Shown piece by piece: positions 17,887 to 25,572 of a DNA stretch of 55,828 bases. The first letter of the stretch is position 1, and every line of letters begins with the position of its first letter. The translations under genes and the position numbers were made by a program. Under the pieces are notes generated by a model. It had not been told where the DNA came from. It made no database searches and saw only the letters and a program-made list of their open reading frames with translations. Origin of the DNA: Candidatus Kaiserbacteria bacterium CG10_big_fil_rev_8_21_14_0_10_47_16 (GTDB lineage: Bacteria > Patescibacteriota > Minisyncoccia > Phycocordibacterales > UBA918); the NCBI GenBank assembly GCA_002773395.1, contig PFBI01000004.1, positions 78,615 to 134,442 on the forward strand, read 5' to 3'.

Positions 17887-18501
17887 CTATCGACTGTAAT
17901 ACTCGAGGATGAGTTCAGGGTCAAACAGTGTTTCAGATGGCACGTAGGTCGGTTCTGATTTCTTCTCTCCAGATAGTTTCTTAAGATCAAATGTGAGCCA
18001 GCTTGGTACTCCTGCTGCGCTGTGGTCTTCAACAATAGTTTGAAAGAGCCCAGAGCCTTTGCTGCCTTCACGTACGGTAATAACGTCGCCAACACGAGTA
18101 CGGTGTGATGGAATGCCGAGACGGCGTCCGTTTACGAAAATGTGTCCATGCGCAACCATCTGTCGTGATGCCTGACGAGTCTTTGCAAGTCCGAGTCGGT
18201 ACACAACGTTATCGAGACGTGATTCAAGACGCTCCATAAGAAGGTTGATTGGCTGGTTACTCTTTGAAACTGCCTCATCAACGTATCGTCGAAGTTGCTT
18301 CTCCGTAATACCGTATGTGTATCGCATCTTCTGCTTCTCAGTAAGCTGCTTACTGTAGTCACTCACCTGACGAGGTCGTTTTGTACGACGCTTGCCAGCT
18401 CGCGCTTCAGAAAGCGCAAACTTTTGTGTTTGAGTCTTCTCGAAGACAGGAGCTCCGAGTCGTTTTGCAATTTTAAATTTTGGACCAATTTTCATACGCA
18501 A
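17887..18501 (-). CDS. rpsD: 30S ribosomal protein S4
   Basis: 204-aa ORF with an S4 domain (RLDNVVYRLGLAKTRQASRQMVAHGHIFVNG). Confidence 0.95.
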   Translation of the reverse strand: MRMKIGPKFKIAKRLGAPVFEKTQTQKFALSEARAGKRRTKRPRQVSDYSKQLTEKQKMRYTYGITEKQLRRYVDEAVSKSNQPINLLMERLESRLDNVVYRLGLAKTRQASRQMVAHGHIFVNGRRLGIPSHRTRVGDVITVREGSKGSGLFQTIVEDHSAAGVPSWLTFDLKKLSGEKKSEPTYVPSETLFDPELILEYYSR

Positions 18502-18510
18502 TACTATGGA

Positions 18511-18942
18511 TTAAACACGACGAGCCTTCTTCGCACGTGGGCCGTTGTGTGGCACCGGAGTACGATCGATGATGCTGATAATAGAGACGCCTTTTCCAGA
18601 GAATGCGCGGAGTGCTGACTCACGTCCTGCTCCAACGCCTTTCACAACCACTGCAGCATCCTTCATGCTCATTTGCTGTGCCTTTTCTCCGATGATTTCA
18701 CCAACCTTTGCAGCGGCAAACGGAGTACTCTTTCGAGATCCTCGGAAACCGAGCGCACCACTTGATGCGGCGATGAGTGTATTACCCTTGCTGTCTGCAA
18801 GTGTAAGGATCGTATTGTTGAACGTTGCAACAATAGTGAGCGTACCGCTACTTACTTTCTTCTTTGGTACACGCGAAAGTGCACGCGATGCGCTATTTAC
18901 GTCAGAACCCCCTCTTTTTTTGATAATTCTTTTCTTACCCAT
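18511..18942 (-). CDS. rpsK: 30S ribosomal protein S11
   Basis: 143-aa ORF with FNNTILTLADSKGN, GFRGSRKSTPFAA and DRTPVPHNG. Confidence 0.95.
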   Translation of the reverse strand: MGKKRIIKKRGGSDVNSASRALSRVPKKKVSSGTLTIVATFNNTILTLADSKGNTLIAASSGALGFRGSRKSTPFAAAKVGEIIGEKAQQMSMKDAAVVVKGVGAGRESALRAFSGKGVSIISIIDRTPVPHNGPRAKKARRV

Positions 18943-18981
18943 AGTTCACTAGAATTGAAAATTTAAAAGACTGAAAAGTTT

Positions 18982-19359
18982 TTAAGTCTTTTCAAGCTTA
19001 CGGCGACCACTTCCCATCGTCTTTTTAGCTCCTTTGAGTGTACGAGAGTTCGTTTTTGTACGTTGACCGCGCGCAGGAAGACGTTTTACATGACGACTCC
19101 CACGGTATGATTGAATATCCTTGAGACGCTTGATGTTTCCAGAAACATCACGCTTGAGTTCTCCCTCAATACGGAATGACTCAACTTTCTCACGAATTGC
19201 GTTCTCTTGATCAGTAGTCAGATCAGTTGGCTTGATGAACGCATCAATCTTGAGCTCGGCGAGAATAGCTTCTGCACGTGGACGACCAATACCATAGACG
19301 GAGGTAAGGCCGAATGCGAGATGTTTTCCGTCTGGGATGTTGATACCTGCGATACGCAT
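18982..19359 (-). CDS. rpsM: 30S ribosomal protein S13
   Basis: 125-aa ORF with MRIAGINIP and SYRGSRHVKRLPARGQRTKTN. Confidence 0.95.
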   Translation of the reverse strand: MRIAGINIPDGKHLAFGLTSVYGIGRPRAEAILAELKIDAFIKPTDLTTDQENAIREKVESFRIEGELKRDVSGNIKRLKDIQSYRGSRHVKRLPARGQRTKTNSRTLKGAKKTMGSGRRKLEKT

Positions 19360-19399
19360 ATGAAATAATTGAAGCTATATATGTTAGATAGGACCGAGA

Positions 19400-19516
19400 T
19401 TAGCCTTGACGTTGTTTGTGTCGCGGCTTTCGCTTGTTGATAACGAATACAACACCACGTCGACGAACGATTTTATCATCAGGACTCATTTTCTTTACAG
19501 ATGATCGTACTTTCAT
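19400..19516 (-). CDS. rpmJ: 50S ribosomal protein L36
   Basis: Own translation gives [38 protein letters not shown] (38 aa). It is below the size cut-off of the ORF track. This is a non-zinc (C-minus) form. Confidence 0.9.
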   Translation of the reverse strand: MKVRSSVKKMSPDDKIVRRRGVVFVINKRKPRHKQRQG

Positions 19517-19526
19517 AAAAGTGTGG

Positions 19527-19757
19527 TTATAAACGTTTTGTTATTCTCCCCTTCCCTCCGTATGGTTCAGGCAGGATCGCGACGCGATCACCAACAAGTA
19601 CACGAATTCTAAACTTGCGCATTTTGCCTGCAAGGTATGCAATTTGTGACTCATTCTCTCCATCAAGTACGACGCGAAAAAGCGCATTTGGAAGCGCTTC
19701 TTCGACTGTACCGAAGACGAGGTCTGTTTCTTTATCTTTTGCCTGATCTGACATCAA
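19527..19757 (-). CDS. infA: Translation initiation factor IF-1
   Basis: 76-aa ORF with an S1-like fold ([40 protein letters not shown]). Confidence 0.92.
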   Translation of the reverse strand: MMSDQAKDKETDLVFGTVEEALPNALFRVVLDGENESQIAYLAGKMRKFRIRVLVGDRVAILPEPYGGKGRITKRL

Positions 19758-19853
19758 ACGAGGGCTAGTCTAACAGAACCAGTAAAAATGGTCAAGCGAT
19801 GAGCCTTTTTATGAATCCAAGCAATAGGGACTTTTGAGGCAATTTTGAAGAAA

Positions 19854-21185
19854 TTATCCATTATCTCCTATCATTATATCGAGCTTAATATCGTCTTTTT
19901 TATCAGGGAATGAACTCTTCCAGAATGGTCGAATTGTTGCTTCAGCACGCTCAATTGCTGGGTATCCTGACAGAATTGCAGGGAGTGCAGTCTTTGATTT
20001 GCCCGCTAAGTCGCTTACCAATTTGTCGTGATCGAAGGTCCATACGAGCTCTGCGTCACCACGAATATCGAATGTGATTTCATTCTGATCACTGAGCTTC
20101 ATTGCGGTCGTTGAAGAACCGGTTGTGCTGTAGGTAAAGGTCAGGGTGCTCGGGTCGGTGATGCTTATCGGCGAATTTTCATATCCGGCAATTGTGTTTT
20201 GTGCGAGGTATCCAGCGAACTCACTGTTTTCAAATATTGGTATTTGAAGTACGCCATGTTCTTTGATTGTTGCCATTCCATCGGTTGATTCAGTTGCGGG
20301 AAGTGAACTGTATGAGAAGGTAATCGCACTCTCGTAGAGTACAAAGCCTGCTGGTCGTTCTGATTCAAGTCGTGAACGAAGTGCCGCCTGCAATTCCTCA
20401 TGGAGTACGTCCTTTGTCTTCTGAAGATCAGCATCGTCGACAATGTACTTTTGTCCTGCAAAGCCACCCGTAAATGCATCAGAAGACTTTCCGTAGACGG
20501 CGTCGAATTCAGGATCACCCTTGAACCCTGGGATAGTGAACTTCCCAGCAGCAACGTTGTATTCAGGACCTGCTTCGTCGGCGAAGACCTTTGCAACTAT
20601 TGTGCCCGGAGTTTTATTACTGCCATCGCCTGTATAGCCCGGAACAACCGCAGATTCTGTGATGCGGAAAATGTGTCCATCGCTTGATTCAAAGCGGGTA
20701 TTTTTCACGAGACGTACAGAGTTCGTACTGTATTCGTTATAAATAGTGATCGTACCCTGTGCTTGTTCAGTAACCTCCTCTTTGCCGGTCGCGGTTACTT
20801 GTCGTTCCGCATCTGCTTCGAGTGTGAGTACTTCGTACCCGAGCTCCCCTGCCGCAGGTTCGGTCTTGGCAGTAAAGGTTCCTTGTACGTTCACGCTCTT
20901 ATACTTTGGGTGAACAATAATACTTGCTCCACCGAGGAGATACCCAAGAATGAGACCGAGCGCAACAATGACGGCGACAACAATAAAAATAATAGTATTT
21001 CGTTTTCCGCCAATAGATGATTTTCGGCTTGAACGAGTTGGAGTGTACTTTGGTGAGGAATCTGGTGCAGTTCTACGAGGTGCTTGTTCTTCCTGGGGAC
21101 GAGCTTGCTGCACCCCTTGCATACTCTTTCGTGGTGAAGGACCATCGGACGTCCTTATATCTTGAAGATTCCATTTTTGTGACAT
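19854..21185 (-). CDS. Hypothetical single-pass membrane protein with a large extracytoplasmic domain
   Basis: 443-aa ORF with a Pro/Ser/Arg-rich N-terminus and one TM helix (IIFIVVAVIVALGLILGYLLGG). No family was recognised. Confidence 0.6.
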   Translation of the reverse strand: MSQKWNLQDIRTSDGPSPRKSMQGVQQARPQEEQAPRRTAPDSSPKYTPTRSSRKSSIGGKRNTIIFIVVAVIVALGLILGYLLGGASIIVHPKYKSVNVQGTFTAKTEPAAGELGYEVLTLEADAERQVTATGKEEVTEQAQGTITIYNEYSTNSVRLVKNTRFESSDGHIFRITESAVVPGYTGDGSNKTPGTIVAKVFADEAGPEYNVAAGKFTIPGFKGDPEFDAVYGKSSDAFTGGFAGQKYIVDDADLQKTKDVLHEELQAALRSRLESERPAGFVLYESAITFSYSSLPATESTDGMATIKEHGVLQIPIFENSEFAGYLAQNTIAGYENSPISITDPSTLTFTYSTTGSSTTAMKLSDQNEITFDIRGDAELVWTFDHDKLVSDLAGKSKTALPAILSGYPAIERAEATIRPFWKSSFPDKKDDIKLDIMIGDNG

Positions 21186-21224
21186 ATGTATATATAGTAT
21201 ACCTAATCTGAATGATGAACAAAC

Positions 21225-22406
21225 TTAGACTGTGTGATGTACTTTGTGGAAAAAACGTGTCGTAACCTGCAGAAATGTGTCCATATGAGGGCCTGTGTGA
21301 GCTTGTTCTCCATAAAGCGCGGTAAGGTCGATGAGTGTGGCTGGAATCGGTGTGATGGCCCCTACAGCGGCCACAACGCTCTCCTGAAGGAGCGTATCAA
21401 TGCCAGTAGAACTGGTTAATACAATGTGTGGCGGTATATGTCCACTTTGAGCAAGAACTTTAAGCGCCGCAATCAAGGTCTTTTGGTATTCGGAAATACA
21501 CGCGGTCACTGCACCACGGTCAGACTCCTCGAGTGTGCCGTCGGTAAATGCACGAAGTGAGCTTGTGGCATGCGCAGCAGGGACGTGTTTTTTGGCGCTT
21601 TGGTTTCTGATGAGTGAATTGTATCCGGTTGGAATGTGCATGACGGTTCCTAGTATTCCATCTTCCATAACCCCGATCTCGGTTGCTTCGGCAGAAACGT
21701 CGATAAAGGTAGCGTTGTGGACGTTGGGCGCGAGGTCGCGAACCACGCTATAGAGTGAACATACATATGTATGAATCTTTATACGAGCGTGCGGAAAAAT
21801 ACGTGATTGTATATGTTCAACCAGATCAATGACTGGTTCTGGAATGAGCTGGATCATTTGGACGAGCTCAAATGAGGTACCCATTTTCCCTACGGGATTC
21901 ACGACGATGTAGTCATTTATTTTTGTATACACGGTTGCGTGTTCAACAACACGCAGTTCATACATACGAGCGACGTCGTTCTCGTTTACTGATTTCTCGG
22001 ACTCTTTGTTGGCTTTTTCCTGTAGTTCGGTAAAAAGCTCTTTCGTTATCTTGGTCGGTTCGTCGTGCTCGAGTCTGACAGTTCGTTTGACGGTGTACGC
22101 CCACGGCGCTGAGGAGGTTACCTGCAGGGTCGTGATGCGTGCGTGGGGATGAGTTTTGTGCAGAGCGGAGAGGCCGGCAGTATCAATACGTGATACGACA
22201 GTCATCAGTGCTTCCTTGAGTGCGTGGAGTAATGTTTTTCCGTCGCGGTTTTGTGTAAGACGCATCGGGACGCGGTCACTGAAAACAATCTCAGGCGCAG
22301 AGGCAGCAGGATTCGATGCAATGATCGCAATACCAACGCTCCCTGAGCCAATATCAAGACAGGCTGCATACGTTGTGTCACCACTTTTCTTTCCAATACC
22401 AAACAT
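21225..22406 (-). CDS. Actin-fold ATPase, FtsA/PilM-like
   Basis: 393-aa ORF with a phosphate-1-like motif CLDIGSGSVGIA near the N-terminus and a second FIDVSAEATEIGV block. Confidence 0.55.
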   Translation of the reverse strand: MFGIGKKSGDTTYAACLDIGSGSVGIAIIASNPAASAPEIVFSDRVPMRLTQNRDGKTLLHALKEALMTVVSRIDTAGLSALHKTHPHARITTLQVTSSAPWAYTVKRTVRLEHDEPTKITKELFTELQEKANKESEKSVNENDVARMYELRVVEHATVYTKINDYIVVNPVGKMGTSFELVQMIQLIPEPVIDLVEHIQSRIFPHARIKIHTYVCSLYSVVRDLAPNVHNATFIDVSAEATEIGVMEDGILGTVMHIPTGYNSLIRNQSAKKHVPAAHATSSLRAFTDGTLEESDRGAVTACISEYQKTLIAALKVLAQSGHIPPHIVLTSSTGIDTLLQESVVAAVGAITPIPATLIDLTALYGEQAHTGPHMDTFLQVTTRFFHKVHHTV

Positions 22407-22422
22407 AGTTGTGTATATAGTA

Positions 22423-22454
22423 TAGCCCGCCTCGGCGCAAGCCGAGGCGGGCTA
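22423..22454 (-). terminator. alaS terminator-like hairpin (TAGCCCGCCTCGGC-GCAA-GCCGAGGCGGGCTA)
   Basis: 14-bp perfect stem with a GNRA loop, 20 nt downstream of the alaS stop. There is no long U run. Confidence 0.6.
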
Positions 22455-22473
22455 TCTACATATGTACGTTTTG

Positions 22474-24408
22474 TTACTCGAGTACCGCTTTGATGCGCCT
22501 GACACCTGCAGATGAAGATTCCTCTTTTGTAATCTTGAAAGTGCCGTGAATAGCGCCGGTATCTGGTACGTGTGGACCTCCGCAGAGTTCGCGTGAGTAA
22601 ATGTTCCCCTCATTATCCTTTACCGTGTATACGGTTACTACGTCTGGATACTTTTCCCAGAAACTTCCTTCAATCGTTGGATCAGTTTCAGCCTCAGCTT
22701 TCGGCATAGTATCGATAGACACACTCGCGCCTGCTTTGATGGCGCTGTTTACGTACTCTTCAACGCGTGTAAGTACTTCCTTATCAACCTTCTCTGGGTA
22801 GGTGAAGTCAAAACGAAGACGTTCTCCGGTGATGTTTGAACCGGCTTGGTGTACACCTTCACCAAGTTCCTTGCGGAGTCCTGCAAGGAGTAAGTGCGTT
22901 GCAGTATGGTACTCAACTACTTTTTCTGAATGGTCGGCAAGACCACCTTTGAATTTGTGTTCAGCTCCTGCACGAGATTTTTCACGATGTTCATCCATGA
23001 GTTTTTCAAAACCTTCCATGTCGACGTTCATTCCCTTTTCTTTTGCAATTTCTTGTGTGAGTTCAATCGGGAATCCGTATGTGGTGAAAAGTTCAAATGC
23101 GTTTTGCGCGCCGATGCGCTTCGTTGCGGTCGGTTTCTTGCTTGGATCAACGGTCGTCTTTCCATCTTTTTGTATGACGGGAACCGTAAGACTTACAGAA
23201 ATTTTATTAAAGCGTTTGAGACCGTTCTCGAGTGTTGTACGGAATTTCGTCTCTTCAGTATGAATAGCATCCATAATGCTCTGCTCTTTTTCTGCGAGGT
23301 TGGTGTAGTAGTCTTTATAGGTTGCAATCACACTCTGTGCGAGGTTTTTGAGCTCTCCTTCTGGTACACCAAGCAAATCTGCGTATCGCACGCTGCGGCG
23401 AAGGAGGCGACGTACAAAGTATCCCTGTTCACTGTTGCTTGGGAATACGTTGTCGCCGATCATAAATACTGCACCACGTATGTGGTCGGCAATAACACGG
23501 AACGCACCCTTGCCTTCTTCATAGCGTCGTCCAGAGAGTGTCTCAATTTGGTCAATAACATTCTTAAGAAGGTCAACGGTAAATACATCGGAACTCCCGT
23601 TCCCTGCAGCAGCAATACGTTCAAGTCCACCACCGAAGTCTACATTTTGTTTTGGAAGTTTTTCAAACCCTTTTTCAGTTTTGATGTATTCCATGAATAC
23701 CGAGTTTCCAATTTCAAGAAAGCGACCGCAATCACAGTTTGGATGACAGTGCTCACCGAATGCAGGATTGTGTGCTGTTCCAAAGTCGTAGAACACTTCA
23801 CTGTCAGGCCCCCCGATTTCTCCTACAGGCATGTTCGCCGGTTTTCCTGCGCGACTCCACCAGTTTTTATCACCGTAGTAGAAAATACGTTCCCCATCTT
23901 TCATCCCGCGGGAAGCACCTTCTTCTTCAGTGCCCATGAACGCAGCTTCTGAAGAGACATTCTTTGTCGCAAAGAGTTCTTGCCAAATAGAAACAGCCTC
24001 ATCATCTTTTGGTACACCAGCACCTTCATCGCCTGCAAAGACCGTAACGTAGATTTTTTCAGGGTCGAGACCTACTTTATCCGTAAGGAATGTATAGAAA
24101 AAAGGAAGCTGTTCTTTTTTAAAATAATCTCCGAGTGACCAGTTGCCGAGCATCTCAAAGAAGGTTGTGTGACGATTGTCACCAACTTCATCAATATCTT
24201 CTGCACGGAAGCACTTTTGTGAGTTTGCGAGGCGGGTGCCCTTCGGGTGTGTTTCGCCCATGAGGTATGGCACGAGCGGCTGCATACCGCTTCCGGTGAA
24301 GAGTGTGGTGGGGTCATTTTCAGGTACGAGTGCAGAGGACGGGATAATTGCATGTCCCTGCTCTTGCATAAACGCTAGATATTTTGCTCGTATTTCGTTC
24401 CCTGACAT
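22474..24408 (-). CDS. alaS: Alanine--tRNA ligase, short form (644 aa, no C-Ala domain)
   Basis: N-terminal FTGSGMQP and RHTTFFEMLGNWS, with the editing-domain motifs HTATHLL and CGGPHV. It ends shortly after the editing domain. Confidence 0.9.
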   Translation of the reverse strand: MSGNEIRAKYLAFMQEQGHAIIPSSALVPENDPTTLFTGSGMQPLVPYLMGETHPKGTRLANSQKCFRAEDIDEVGDNRHTTFFEMLGNWSLGDYFKKEQLPFFYTFLTDKVGLDPEKIYVTVFAGDEGAGVPKDDEAVSIWQELFATKNVSSEAAFMGTEEEGASRGMKDGERIFYYGDKNWWSRAGKPANMPVGEIGGPDSEVFYDFGTAHNPAFGEHCHPNCDCGRFLEIGNSVFMEYIKTEKGFEKLPKQNVDFGGGLERIAAAGNGSSDVFTVDLLKNVIDQIETLSGRRYEEGKGAFRVIADHIRGAVFMIGDNVFPSNSEQGYFVRRLLRRSVRYADLLGVPEGELKNLAQSVIATYKDYYTNLAEKEQSIMDAIHTEETKFRTTLENGLKRFNKISVSLTVPVIQKDGKTTVDPSKKPTATKRIGAQNAFELFTTYGFPIELTQEIAKEKGMNVDMEGFEKLMDEHREKSRAGAEHKFKGGLADHSEKVVEYHTATHLLLAGLRKELGEGVHQAGSNITGERLRFDFTYPEKVDKEVLTRVEEYVNSAIKAGASVSIDTMPKAEAETDPTIEGSFWEKYPDVVTVYTVKDNEGNIYSRELCGGPHVPDTGAIHGTFKITKEESSSAGVRRIKAVLE

Positions 24409-24539
24409 TTCCGTGATTCTACCACAATATCACCATTTCTCTAGGGTTTATGATAAACTCTGAATTACACTTGTCCCCGTAGCTCAATGGAGTAAAACGA
24501 TATGGTATATCGTTTTACCAGTTGCGTCCTATAATATAA

Positions 24540-24644
24540 ATGTTCTTTAAAAAGGCCTCCCTGTAGCTCAATGGATAGAGCAACTCCGTCCTAAGGAGAA
24601 GATGTAGGTTCGATTCCTACTGGGGAGACCTTTTTAAAGAACAT
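24540..24644 (+). repeat. Perfect 16-bp inverted repeat ATGTTCTTTAAAAAGG / CCTTTTTAAAGAACAT clamping the tRNA-Arg gene
   Basis: Arms at 24540-24555 and 24629-24644 were checked base by base. They stack on the acceptor stem with a single C/A mismatch. Confidence 0.9.
24557..24628 (+). tRNA. tRNA-Arg (anticodon CCU)
   Basis: Hand-folded cloverleaf: acceptor CTCCCTG/TGGGGAG (two GU pairs), D stem GCTC/GAGC, anticodon stem CTCC/GGAG with loop GTCCTAA, 4-nt variable region, T arm GTAGG-TTCGATT-CCTAC, discriminator A. It has an unusual C1-G72 pair and no encoded CCA. Confidence 0.8.
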
Positions 24645-24695
24645 GGAGAAAACGATGTGGGTTCGATTCCTGCTGGGGACACTTGAACGGACAGT

Positions 24696-24752
24696 CTAAC
24701 GTAAAACACAAACGGCCGGCATTCCATGCCGGCCGTTTGTGTTTTACGTTAG
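24696..24752. terminator. 57-nt near-perfect palindrome (27-bp stem, 3-nt centre) between the tRNA locus (+) and the glutaredoxin gene (-)
   Basis: CTAACGTAAAACACAAACGGCCGGCAT-TCC-ATGCCGGCCGTTTGTGTTTTACGTTAG was paired position by position. It sits between convergent transcription units. Confidence 0.7.
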
Positions 24753-24757
24753 TCTAT

Positions 24758-24991
24758 CTAGACCTTTAGAAGTTCACGGAGTTTTGCTTCGTCAAATCCG
24801 ACGATAACATCGTCACCGATGCGGATAACTGGTACACCGAGTTGTCCCGTCAGCTCAACCATCTCCTGTCTCTTTGCAGCGTCTTCTGCAACATTGATAT
24901 CTTCGAATGCAACATTGTTTTCTTTAAAGAATTCCTTTGCTGCGTGACAAAAGTGGCAAGTGGGTGTGCTGTAAATTGTTACTGTTTCCAT
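24758..24991 (-). CDS. Glutaredoxin/NrdH-like redoxin
   Basis: 77-aa ORF with TIYSTPTCHFC (CxxC after beta1) and GVPVIRIGD. Confidence 0.8.
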   Translation of the reverse strand: METVTIYSTPTCHFCHAAKEFFKENNVAFEDINVAEDAAKRQEMVELTGQLGVPVIRIGDDVIVGFDEAKLRELLKV

Positions 24992-25032
24992 GATGGTACT
25001 CGTTATACTTTATAAGTTCGCCCAGTATACCA

Positions 25033-25446
25033 TTATCTCCAAAAGAGGAATACGTTATACCAATGCGGAGCCGTGAGTGTGTCGGAATTGTTTGATTGGG
25101 ATGCGTCTACATTCTTCTTTTCAGCGTTATCGACGATAATTACCACCTGCTCCCCTTCTTTTGCTGCATCAAAACGATTTCGAAGCTCTTCCTCCTTTCC
25201 GCGATCCTTTTTTAGATATTCCACCTTTCCTTCAAGTGTTGCCGCTCGCTCAGAGAGGCTTGCGAGTTCGGCAGTTTTTTCTTCACGTTTCTGATCAATC
25301 TCTTGTGCAACGGTAAATCGTTCAAATACACTTTTTCCGAGGAGGAAAATCAAAATAACAAGAATAGCGATTGTTACCTTTGAGTAGAGTAACCCGCGAA
25401 TCTTTCGTTTTTCGTAAAAGTCGAACATGTGGTAATATTTTAACAC
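25033..25446 (-). CDS. Septum formation initiator (FtsB/DivIC-like)
   Basis: 137-aa ORF with one TM helix followed by a coiled coil and a GEQVVIIVD-type tail. The start may be the ATG at 25428. Confidence 0.55.
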   Translation of the reverse strand: MLKYYHMFDFYEKRKIRGLLYSKVTIAILVILIFLLGKSVFERFTVAQEIDQKREEKTAELASLSERAATLEGKVEYLKKDRGKEEELRNRFDAAKEGEQVVIIVDNAEKKNVDASQSNNSDTLTAPHWYNVFLFWR

Positions 25447-25447
25447 T

Positions 25448-25567
25448 ATGTCATTACTTTTTCATAAGAAGACGAAATCAGCCCTCAAGTGGATTTGGAT
25501 AGTTGTTGCTACGCTCATAATCGTTAGTATGATTATGGTGTACTCAGGGGGCGCAGGTCTCTTTTAG
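25448..25567 (+). CDS. Possible 39-aa single-TM peptide
   Basis: Own translation gives MSLLFHKKTKSALKWIWIVVATLIIVSMIMVYSGGAGLF. It is one of the few plus-strand ORFs, has no clear SD and is below the track cut-off. Confidence 0.3.
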   Translation: MSLLFHKKTKSALKWIWIVVATLIIVSMIMVYSGGAGLF

Positions 25568-25572
25568 TCTGA

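Larger units (their letters stand above)
24473..24681 (+). pseudogene. Split tRNA-Arg-like gene: a 5' piece (24473-24491) and a 3' piece (24645-24681) separated by a ~150-nt block that contains a complete tRNA
   Basis: The 5' piece GTCCCCGTAGCTCAATGGA and the 3' piece GGAGAAAACGATGTGGGTTCGATTCCTGCTGGGGACA pair as an acceptor stem (GTCCCCG/TGGGGAC) with an intact T arm. No D-stem 3' strand or anticodon arm is present between them. Confidence 0.6.

Noticed and set aside
22930-23952. 340-aa plus-strand ORF (and the neighbouring plus-strand ORFs at 22802..23263 and 24176..24463)
   Set aside because: It lies entirely antisense to alaS, whose product carries unmistakable AlaRS motifs. The antisense product is Phe/Cys-rich and low in complexity, so it is a shadow ORF.
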